Source: Cyclonatronum proteinivorum (GTDB taxonomy: Bacteria > Bacteroidota > Rhodothermia > Balneolales > Cyclonatronaceae). From it: a stretch of DNA of 24,000 nt. A program made the translations under genes and the position numbers. The DNA lies in contig NZ_CP027806.1 in the NCBI RefSeq assembly GCF_003353065.1, positions 754,997-778,996 on the forward strand. Direction: 5' to 3'. Position 1 is the first letter of the stretch. Each line of letters opens with the position of its first letter. Below are positions 1 through 7,064 of this stretch, in pieces. The notes beneath the pieces are model-generated. The model ran no database searches. It worked only from the letters and a program-made list of their open reading frames with translations, and was not told the origin of the DNA.

Positions 1-823
1 CAGCTAATCCCGACAGCAGGTTAGACAAAAAGTTAGCGAAAGAGCGATGACGGGAATGTTCAATTTGACACATGTTTTTGAGTTCATCATTTATGGTCTC
101 AATAACAGATCTCTTTCGCAACAGGATTTTGTCATTAAGACTCATCAGGCAATTTTTCATATTCTTGCGTATTTGGGTAATCAGATGAATGCCGTCATCA
201 AACAAAATCCTGGACAGTGCCGCTGAGATATAGCCTTTATCTGCATACATTTTTCCTGTAAAAGCTTTGATAAAGTTAGGATTTTTAAGGGGATCACGGT
301 CGTCCATATTTCCCGGACTAATCAGGAAGTTGAGCAATTCTCCCTTATCATTGACAGCCAGATGAAGTTTAAATCCGAAGAAAAATCCTATTGAAGATTT
401 ACCCAACTGGCCAATGCCCTTGAAGACTTTATGGTTGGATATACGCTTGTTTTTGCACACACGCAGCGGAGTGGAATCTATGAATGAGATACCGGTGCAC
501 TTTCCCATACAGCACTCTTTGACAAATAATGCCAGCGGCAAATTGGCACCAGCCATAAGCTCAACGAAGCGATTATATGAAACGGTCTTGGGGAAAAGAT
601 GACACATGTGTACCTTGACATATTGAGTATAGAAGCACTTGATGGTGCGATATCCACTGTGATGAAACAGAATCATAATTGTGATCACCTCGCTGGTAGA
701 CAGATTTGGCTTTCGCTTGGGGGTATTTCCAAGCATATGCTTGGCCATTGAGCGATGAAAGCCGATGCAGAAGTTGTCAACCAGGCAGTATATTTCGGTA
801 ATTTTATTGTCGGATAATGTCAT
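1..823 (-). CDS. IS982-family-like transposase, C-terminus beyond the window edge
   Basis: Minus-strand reading from ATG at 823 is open to base 1: MTLSDNKITEIYCLVDNFCIGFHRSMAKHMLGNTPKRKPNLSTSEVITIMILFHHSGYRTIKCFYTQYV...FIDSTPLRVCKNKRISNHKVFKGIGQLGKSSIGFFFGFKLHLAVNDKGELLNF...YADKGYIS...RKRSVIETINDELKNMCQIEHSRHRSFANFLSNLLSGLA. DDE-type IS982-like motifs. Absent from the supplied ORF track, presumably because it has no stop inside the window. Confidence 0.85.
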   Translation of the reverse strand, partial: MTLSDNKITEIYCLVDNFCIGFHRSMAKHMLGNTPKRKPNLSTSEVITIMILFHHSGYRTIKCFYTQYVKVHMCHLFPKTVSYNRFVELMAGANLPLALFVKECCMGKCTGISFIDSTPLRVCKNKRISNHKVFKGIGQLGKSSIGFFFGFKLHLAVNDKGELLNFLISPGNMDDRDPLKNPNFIKAFTGKMYADKGYISAALSRILFDDGIHLITQIRKNMKNCLMSLNDKILLRKRSVIETINDELKNMCQIEHSRHRSFANFLSNLLSGLA

Positions 824-1164
824 GACTTATTTTGCTATGTTGTTGTTATTGGTAGACTTAATATAGCAATTTGTTGTGACTTATCCGACATATAAATTGT
901 GCTTTTTCAACAATTTGTCGATCAACTTTAGCCTAATTATTAATCGAACTCAGGTCAATAGCTGTTAGAAATCTGGATCATTTAGCTTGCTGTAGCTCAC
1001 CAAAGTCGTTCATTACGATCAATTCAATCCCCGTAAGACCTCTTCGAGCACCGTTTTTGCTCTTGTTTTGGCGCTACAATGCATACCAATGCCTCAATGC
1101 CTGCATGGGCTTTGTTTCACTTGCTGTTTTGCCGTCTGTTTTCTATCCCAAGCTGTATGCTGTG

Positions 1165-2529
1165 CTACCCGCGAGGTAAAAGTTTGAGCGCCATGACAGG
1201 CGCCGCCCAGCCGTGACCCTCAAAAATGCGGATGATGGTTTTGCGTGCATGTTGAACCAGCCGTCCCGCCATATACATCAGGTTCTGGATGACGGTGCGC
1301 AGCCGAAGCCGTTTGCTCCTGGCTTTTCGCCCCGGCACCAGACCTGTTTTTAGCATGCCTTGCCCCGCCAGTCGCAATAAATTAAAGGCTATCATGCTCA
1401 TATCCAGCACGTGCTGGTTGACCCTGAATTTACCCGAGGGGAGTCGCTCTACATCCATATCTGTCTTGAGTTCACTGTGGTACTGCTCGCTGGTACCCCG
1501 CTGCTTGTAGAACTCATGTATCTGCTCCGGGGTCCAGTCCAGGCTCGTCCAATACGCATCGACGGTGATCATAGCCGGAAACATATACTGCCCGTCCGTG
1601 CGGGCAAACCGCTTGGTAACCCGGAACACAATCCGGCAAGTCTTCGGATCATCAGGGGTGTCACTATGTCCGGGAATCTGTACTTGCTTTTGTCCGTACC
1701 ATGCCCGTGCGCCTATATCTACGTACTCGCCATCGGCTCCGCCGTTTTGCTTCACAGCCAGATCCAGCCACTCCTGCGGATCCTGATTGCGTAGGTTGCA
1801 CTTCACAACAAAATCAGTATCCTTCTGGCGCATAAATAACCTGACATTGACGCCACTATCGTTGCCCGAGTCGGTCACCACAAGCCGCTTGTGGCTGGTC
1901 ATACGCTCAGCCATATCCATGGTCTGCTTGAACCACGCATCGGTGCCGGGTGTGTTGCTGTGCGCCGAGCCGTTGCGCAGCTCGTTGTTTATCATCAAAC
2001 CATACGGACCGATGTAGCCAAGCATGGGCGCATAGCCTTCAAACTGTTTGTATGTCCAGTCTACGCCTTCTTTGTGGCTGTTGGAGTTATCCATGGGTGA
2101 GACATCACAGTGAATCACCGCCCAGGTCTGCCCGTGCAGATCTTCGGTCAGCAGGTGCGGATGAGCTGCCAGCAGGCGGGTGTTGAACTCACGAAAGACA
2201 TTATTCAATGACTCCGGGCATTGCTCAAGACGCTGGCGCAGGGTTTCCGGTGAGGGGGTCTTTTTTATTCCCAAGGCAGTGGCAAATACGGGATCGGCAC
2301 GATATTCAGCTATAGCGTCAAACTGAGGTTTACCGACCGACAACAGCCCAATCATGGCCTTAATGGTATCAAGGGTGGAAATATAATTCTTGTTGCGGGG
2401 CAGCGAACAAAGGCCATTGATGTCATTGGCCAGCACGGGATCATCAAGGGCCTGACCAATAAAAGCCAGACCTGCATGAGAGGTAATTGGTGTAGAGGTA
2501 AGCTCAAATTGTATTTTTGACATGCTCAA
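1165..2529 (-). CDS. IS1380-family-like transposase
   Basis: 454-aa ORF with IS1380-type layout (SHAGLAFIGQALDDPVL..., VIHCDVSPMDNSNSHKEGVDWTYKQFEGYAPMLGYIG, LVVTDSGNDSGVN, YRGTSEQYHSELKTDMDVERLPSGKF). Confidence 0.85.
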   Translation of the reverse strand: MSMSKIQFELTSTPITSHAGLAFIGQALDDPVLANDINGLCSLPRNKNYISTLDTIKAMIGLLSVGKPQFDAIAEYRADPVFATALGIKKTPSPETLRQRLEQCPESLNNVFREFNTRLLAAHPHLLTEDLHGQTWAVIHCDVSPMDNSNSHKEGVDWTYKQFEGYAPMLGYIGPYGLMINNELRNGSAHSNTPGTDAWFKQTMDMAERMTSHKRLVVTDSGNDSGVNVRLFMRQKDTDFVVKCNLRNQDPQEWLDLAVKQNGGADGEYVDIGARAWYGQKQVQIPGHSDTPDDPKTCRIVFRVTKRFARTDGQYMFPAMITVDAYWTSLDWTPEQIHEFYKQRGTSEQYHSELKTDMDVERLPSGKFRVNQHVLDMSMIAFNLLRLAGQGMLKTGLVPGRKARSKRLRLRTVIQNLMYMAGRLVQHARKTIIRIFEGHGWAAPVMALKLLPRG

Positions 2530-2605
2530 ACGATTATATGAGGGTTCACCAGTTGGGTGAAAATACGCAGAATCGCTAAAGCTAGTAATACAAACGTTTT
2601 AGGCT

Positions 2606-2941
2606 ATGAATGGGCCGGATTGCTCACGGATTAAGGTGTACTATAAAGAATATAAGCCATCAGAATATCTGTTCGAAGGTCAATTTGGTGGTCAGTACTC
2701 AACCCGAAGCATACAAACCCTTTTCAAAAAGGCACTTCAAGCATGTGGGATAAAGAAAAAAGCAACGGTGCATACCTTGAGGCATTCGTATGCGACACAC
2801 CTTCTTGAAAATGGTACGGACCTGCGTATCATTCAGGAATTACTTGGTCATAAGAGTAGTAAAACAACGGAACTTTATACCCATGTGAGCCAACAAACAA
2901 AGCAAAGAATACCTAACCCTCTTGATCAACTGGAACTTTAA
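2606..2941 (+). pseudogene. C-terminal catalytic fragment of a tyrosine recombinase (integrase/XerC-like)
   Basis: YYKEYKPSEYLFEGQFGG...TVHTLRHSYATHLLENGTDLRIIQELLGHKSSKTTELYTHVS contains the HxLRH, LGH and nucleophile Tyr motifs. Only ~110 aa remain, with no SAM-like core-binding domain and no first catalytic Arg region. It sits directly beside the IS1380-like element, whose right end is probably between 2560 and 2630. Confidence 0.8.
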
Positions 2942-2942
2942 A

Positions 2943-3022
2943 TAATGCGCAATAAATGTTCGCATATCACCCTATATTGGCATGTAAAGCGCATGTTTAT
3001 TGCGTGTATAAACGAGTTAGGC
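2943..3022 (+). repeat. candidate recombination site (attI-like or degenerate attC) ending in GTTAGGC
   Basis: Imperfect palindrome: left arm GCGCAATAAATG (2947-2958), right arm CATGTTTATTGCG (~2992-3004), ending in GTTAGGC (3016-3022), which matches the integron core-site consensus GTTRRRY. It lies immediately 3' of the integrase fragment. Confidence 0.45.
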
Positions 3023-3028
3023 ACAATA

Positions 3029-3187
3029 TTAATCTGTACTTTTAACATACCTATTCGGCAAACCATTTTTTCTATCAGATTCACCTTCTTTGTACTTCTT
3101 GTATTCATCTGAACCCTTTTTCACAAACCTCGACATTGGTTTACCTTCATAACCTCTCAAATATTGTATTGCAACTCTCTGTAACAT
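3029..3187 (-). CDS. small hypothetical protein (52 aa) inside the first predicted cassette
   Basis: Hand translation of the minus strand: MLQRVAIQYLRGYEGKPMSRFVKKGSDEYKKYKEGESDRKNGLPNRYVKSTD*. It fits between the two candidate recombination sites. No homology evidence. Confidence 0.3.
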   Translation of the reverse strand: MLQRVAIQYLRGYEGKPMSRFVKKGSDEYKKYKEGESDRKNGLPNRYVKSTD

Positions 3188-3199
3188 AATCTAAAATAC

Positions 3200-3334
3200 T
3201 GTGCCTAACAAGTGTTTTGCGTCAGGCGGGGTTGACCGCTCCGAATGAACATTTGTGCTATGTTGAAGTTTCGTTTTCATATCATCGTTTGTGCTAAAAA
3301 TCCCGCCCGAACGCAAAGCACTCGGACGTTACCA
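3200..3334 (+). repeat. attC-like site of first predicted cassette (~135 nt)
   Basis: R''-like GCCTAAC (3203-3209); left arm TAAC-A-AGTGTTTTGCG-TCA-GGCGGG (3206-3230); right arm CCCGCC...CGCAAAGCACT-CGGAC-GTTA (3302-3331). TGTGCCTAAC (3200-3209) is the exact reverse complement of GTTAGGCACA (3016-3025). Confidence 0.6.
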
Positions 3335-3366
3335 CACATACTAAAAAGCTGACCCGCAAACAGCAC

Positions 3367-3410
3367 ATTTGGTTTTTCCGACACACAAGCCAACGCTGAA
3401 AAAACCAAAA
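3367..3410. repeat. inverted repeat enclosing CCGACACACAAGCCAA, copy 1
   Basis: TTTGGTTTTTC (3368-3378) pairs imperfectly with GAAAAAACCAAAA (3398-3410). The 16-mer CCGACACACAAGCCAA (3378-3393) is repeated exactly at 6420-6435. Confidence 0.6.
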
Positions 3411-3472
3411 GAGCCATTTTTTTCCATCGCTCGACTTTGACATTAAGAAAATTGTTTTAAATTTGTCAAAAA

Positions 3473-3814
3473 ATGACAAGTCTTATGAAAACCACATTTG
3501 GGGAGTATATCCGACTTTTAAGGACTGAAAAAGGGTTGACTTTAACTCAACTTGCTGCCAAACTCAATTTGGATTCGGCAAATTTGAGTAAAATCGAAAA
3601 CAATAAAAGAGATTTTGATGAAAAACGACTTTCTAAACTTTCAAAAATATTTGGGATAAGCTTGAAAGAAGTTCGTGAAGAATTTTTGACAGACCAACTC
3701 GGGAAAAAGATTTACGAAACGAATTGCACCAAAGAACTCTTAAAAGTGGCCGAAGAAAAGGCTGAATATCGCAGAACAATTAATAAAAACCTTCAAACCG
3801 AAAAAGCAATATGA
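3473..3814 (+). CDS. XRE-family helix-turn-helix regulator (possible RM controller)
   Basis: FGEYIRLLRTEKGLTLTQLAAKLNLDSANLSKIENNKRDFDEKRLSKLSKIFG is a canonical HTH_3. It overlaps the following methyltransferase start by 4 nt (ATGA). The start may be ATG at 3485. Confidence 0.85.
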   Translation: MTSLMKTTFGEYIRLLRTEKGLTLTQLAAKLNLDSANLSKIENNKRDFDEKRLSKLSKIFGISLKEVREEFLTDQLGKKIYETNCTKELLKVAEEKAEYRRTINKNLQTEKAI

Positions 3815-4602
3815 ATATAGTATCATTTTTTGCAGGAGCAGGCGGCCTTGATTTAGGGTTCCAAAAAGCAGGTTTTGATGTCATTTGGGCAAACGAATAT
3901 GACAAAGAAATTTGGGAAACTTATGAAAAAAATCACCCGCACACATTTCTAGACAAGAGAAGTATTGTAGATATTCCAGCAGACGAAGTTCCTGAATGTG
4001 ATGGAATTATTGGTGGTCCACCCTGCCAAAGTTGGAGTGAAGCAGGTTCAATGCGTGGAATAAATGATAAACGTGGTCAATTATTCTATGATTTTATCAG
4101 AATATTAGAAGCTAAACAGCCTAAATTTTTCCTTGCAGAAAATGTAAGCGGAATGCTTTTGGACAGACACAGTGAAGCACTTAAAAACATAAAAGAATTA
4201 TTTAAAAATGCAGGAGTTGGCTATGAATTATCTTTTCAAATGCTTAACGCCTCAGATTTTGATGTACCTCAAGATAGAAAGCGAGTTTTTTTTGTTGGTA
4301 TCCGTAAAGACTTGAATTTTAATTTTCAGTTTCCAAACCCATTAGATAAAAAAATAACGCTTCAACAAGCAATTTTCGATTTAAAAGAAAGTGTTGTTCC
4401 AGCAAAAGAAGGAAATAAAACGAATAAGGAAAATTGCAAAATTGCTAATCACGAATATATGATTGGTGGGTTTTCGTCAATGTTTATGTCTAGAAATAGA
4501 GTTAGGTCTTGGGACGAACAATCATTTACAATTCAAGCAGGTGGAAGACACGCACCGATTCATCCGCAAGCACCTAAAATGAAATTTAATATAGCAGCAT
4601 AA
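3811..4602 (+). CDS. HaeIII-like C5-cytosine DNA methyltransferase, C-terminally truncated
   Basis: Motif I (FFAGAGGLDLGFQKAGF), motif IV (GGPPCQSWSEAG), ENV motif and QDRKRVFFVGIR are present and close to my recollection of M.HaeIII. The protein ends at ...FTIQAGGRHAPIHPQAPKMKFNIAA*, with no conserved R.LTxRExxxxQxFPD segment and no GNAVP motif X. Confidence 0.85.
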   Translation: MNIVSFFAGAGGLDLGFQKAGFDVIWANEYDKEIWETYEKNHPHTFLDKRSIVDIPADEVPECDGIIGGPPCQSWSEAGSMRGINDKRGQLFYDFIRILEAKQPKFFLAENVSGMLLDRHSEALKNIKELFKNAGVGYELSFQMLNASDFDVPQDRKRVFFVGIRKDLNFNFQFPNPLDKKITLQQAIFDLKESVVPAKEGNKTNKENCKIANHEYMIGGFSSMFMSRNRVRSWDEQSFTIQAGGRHAPIHPQAPKMKFNIAA

Positions 4603-4835
4603 TGGAAATGATAAAATTTGAAGGAAAAGAATATCCAACATTACTATTAAATTTCCCTTTTGGGGAAAGACAAATTAGTACCGAAAAATTGAATGATAAT
4701 TTGATGAATGTTGATGGGAGTTATGTTTCTGAAAACGCAAGATTAATTGACGAAAGTATATTTTATTTTGTGGATGAAGAAAATTTGAAACTTGATGAAG
4801 CTGAACTTACTCAACTAATTTTATCAGAAATATGA
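4602..4835 (+). CDS. small hypothetical protein (77 aa)
   Basis: MEMIKFEGKEYPTLLLNFPFGERQISTEKLNDNLMNVDGSYVSENARL...; translationally coupled by 1-4 nt overlaps to both neighbours. Confidence 0.6.
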   Translation: MEMIKFEGKEYPTLLLNFPFGERQISTEKLNDNLMNVDGSYVSENARLIDESIFYFVDEENLKLDEAELTQLILSEI

Positions 4836-5338
4836 TTCAATATCAGTTTTTCCCGCGTTCTCAAGGAATTACGCCTGAAATAAGAAAAGTAATTGATTGC
4901 TTTACACAAGTAAGTGATAAAATTGACTCTGATACAAAGAACCTAAAGAGTAATGAAGTTCTTCAACATTTATATCAACCACTTTCTGAAATTGGTTATG
5001 CGGTAGAAACAAGTAAAGCTAAAGATGATAAAATTGATGTGCCTGTACTTTTTGGATTAGATAATAGAATTGATAAAAGTTATAATGCTGATGCATTAAG
5101 CCAAGATGGAAAAATAGTTATTGAAGTTGAAGCAGGTAGAGCTACTGAAAACAATCAGTATATGAAAGATATTTTCCAGGCTTGTATGATGTTTGAAGTT
5201 GAATATTTAGTTGTAGCAGTAAGAAATACGTATCGTGGACATAAGGATTTTGAAATTGTATTTACCTTTTTAGAAACTCTATATATTTCAAGTCGATTGC
5301 ACTTGCCATTGAAAGGTATATTATTAGTAGGGTACTAA
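4832..5338 (+). CDS. putative PD-(D/E)XK-type nuclease / restriction-endonuclease-like protein
   Basis: 168 aa containing KDDKIDVPVLFGLDNRIDKSYNADALSQDGKIVIEVEAGRATENNQYMKDIFQA. The D...(I)EVEAG arrangement resembles a PD-(D/E)XK core. Located inside an RM locus. Confidence 0.45.
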   Translation: MIQYQFFPRSQGITPEIRKVIDCFTQVSDKIDSDTKNLKSNEVLQHLYQPLSEIGYAVETSKAKDDKIDVPVLFGLDNRIDKSYNADALSQDGKIVIEVEAGRATENNQYMKDIFQACMMFEVEYLVVAVRNTYRGHKDFEIVFTFLETLYISSRLHLPLKGILLVGY

Positions 5339-5425
5339 TGCGTGAGGGATAGAAGTGGAAAGCCCACAGCGAGGAACGAGCGAGGACTTGTAACGGATAG
5401 CCCGACCCTTAGGGGCACGCCCAAC
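5339..5425. repeat. GC-rich potentially structured intergenic element
   Basis: TGCGTGAGGG...(GTGG AAAGC CCAC hairpin)...GAGCGAGGACTTGTAACGGATAGCCCGACCCTTAGGGGCACGC. Outer GCGTG/CACGC can pair. Composition contrasts strongly with the AT-rich flanking genes. Confidence 0.45.
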
Positions 5426-5432
5426 TCAAACA

Positions 5433-6377
5433 ATAAATGGGAAAGCGTTTGAATATGCTTTACTTTTTGAATTTTATGAACGTTTAAAGACAATAACAAG
5501 TGTTTCAATTGCTGAAAATGAACCATTTCAAAATGCAAAAGGCTGTTTTGATAGTTTTATTGAAGATGAACAAGACACTTTTAGAATTACGGCAAGTGCG
5601 GCTATAAATTTCTTAATTGATATTGAGCCAAGATTGTCAAATGGTATTAGTAAAGAAGATATTTTAGTTCTTGAAATCGTGAGTGACCAGGCAGGACAAA
5701 CAGGAGATGTTCGTGATGTACTTATAATTCGTTCTTTACAAAAATGGGAAATTGGAATTTCCGCCAAAAACAATCATAGAGCTGTAAAACATTCAAGATT
5801 ATCGTTAAACATTGACTTTGGAGAGAAATGGTTAGGAGTTCCTTGCTCACAAAATTATTTTGATGAAATCAAGCCGATTTTTGATATGTTGGGGAATCTT
5901 AAAGCTTCAGACAAATCAACAAAATGGACTTCGATTGAGAATATGCATCAAGTCGTTTACATTCCAATTTTAAACGCTTTTCGAAAAGAACTCTTACGGC
6001 TTGACAAAGAAAACCCCAATATTGTTGCCGAGAACCTTGTTCAATATTTAATAGGAAATGAAGATTTTTACAAGGTAATCAAAGGAAATAAAAAAGTAGA
6101 AATTCAAGCCTACAATTTAAGCGGAACTTTGAATTTACAATTTGAGAACGTAAAGCCTAAAGCTAGAATACCTAAATTGAAATTACCATCAAGACTAATC
6201 GAAATAGTTTACCAAGACAATTCGACAACGACTTTATTGGTTTCGTTAAATGAAGGTTGGCAAATCTCGTTTAGAATTCATAATGCAAGTTCAAGAGTAG
6301 AACCGTCATTGAAATTTGATATAAATCTTGTAAGTGCACCTCATACATTATTCACAAATCACATTTTTATAGCATAA
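5433..6377 (+). CDS. HaeIII-family type II restriction endonuclease, start codon unclear
   Basis: In-frame reading upstream of the tracked TTG start at 5634 is open back to a stop at 5391-5393: ...(I)NGKAFEYAYFLNFYERLKTITSVSIAENEPFQNAKGCFDSFIEDEQDTFRITASAAINFLIDIEPRLSNGISKEDI..., then SDQAGQTGDVRDVLIIRSLQKWEIGISAKNNHRAVKHSRLSLNIDFGEKWLGVPCSQNYFDEIKPIFDML. This agrees with my recollection of the HaeIII restriction endonuclease family and pairs logically with the HaeIII-like methyltransferase. Confidence 0.75.
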   Translation: MNGKAFEYALLFEFYERLKTITSVSIAENEPFQNAKGCFDSFIEDEQDTFRITASAAINFLIDIEPRLSNGISKEDILVLEIVSDQAGQTGDVRDVLIIRSLQKWEIGISAKNNHRAVKHSRLSLNIDFGEKWLGVPCSQNYFDEIKPIFDMLGNLKASDKSTKWTSIENMHQVVYIPILNAFRKELLRLDKENPNIVAENLVQYLIGNEDFYKVIKGNKKVEIQAYNLSGTLNLQFENVKPKARIPKLKLPSRLIEIVYQDNSTTTLLVSLNEGWQISFRIHNASSRVEPSLKFDINLVSAPHTLFTNHIFIA

Positions 6378-6390
6378 TGCCAACGTAAAA

Positions 6391-6457
6391 AGCCATAAAC
6401 ATTGGCAAGTCGCACCAGCCGACACACAAGCCAAAACTTGCCAAAGAGTATGGCTTA
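6391..6457. repeat. nested inverted repeat enclosing CCGACACACAAGCCAA, copy 2
   Basis: Outer AAGCCATA (6391-6398)/TATGGCTT (6450-6457) and inner TTGGCAAGT (6403-6411)/ACTTGCCAA (6437-6445) enclose CCGACACACAAGCCAA (6420-6435), identical to 3378-3393. Confidence 0.65.
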
Positions 6458-6493
6458 GCCAACGCTGACAAACCTGAGCGAATAAGAAGTACG

Positions 6494-6627
6494 TGTGGTA
6501 ACAGCGTGTATGTGGCAATAGCGGGTGAAGTGGTAAATCGAAGGTCTGTGCATTTAAGAAAATTTGTGCTAAACGGAAAGGAAATTGCTTCTAATCCGCT
6601 ACTGCACATACACGCCAAACGTTAATC
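6494..6627 (+). repeat. attC-like site of second predicted cassette (~134 nt)
   Basis: Left arm TAAC-A-GCGTGTATGTG-GCAA-TAGCGG (6500-6525); right arm CCGCTA-CTG-CACATACACGC-CAAAC-GTTA (6596-6624). GTGTGGTAAC (6494-6503) is the exact reverse complement of GTTACCACAC (3328-3337), extending to 14 of 15 positions (3328-3342 vs 6489-6503). Confidence 0.6.
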
Positions 6628-7064
6628 ATAATCCAAGACCCGCTCTATAGCAAGCGTTTCGTGCTGACCGGTTCAGGCTATTTGATGAACATCAACGTTG
6701 GTCGCCCCGCCGCACAATCGCCAAGCCGTTATAAGGCAGAAGAAAGTTCGTGCTGGGTTCGCGAATATTTAAGAGAAAGATTCTGTCAGTCCTTTAGTAC
6801 TTTACACAACACGCGTAAATCATTAATCGTATTAGTCAATACAACGTAGGTAGAGAAATTAAAACACCAAAAAGCGGTGATGTTAATGGAAACTGAATTC
6901 AACTGGTTGTATTTTTATTCTTTTCTGGTGTTCTGTGCTAATCGCATGGTTACTTGGCAGAAACGTACCCTCAGCACGAGATTATGAAGGGTGTAGTGAG
7001 TTATGGTCTGATGACTATTTCTGTGATTAGGATTGAATAAGCCAAGTGATGTTATGGAAAAAAA

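Noticed and set aside
1411-2017. Overlapping + strand ORFs of 60-130 aa
   Set aside because: All antisense to the IS1380-like transposase with no recognisable domains.
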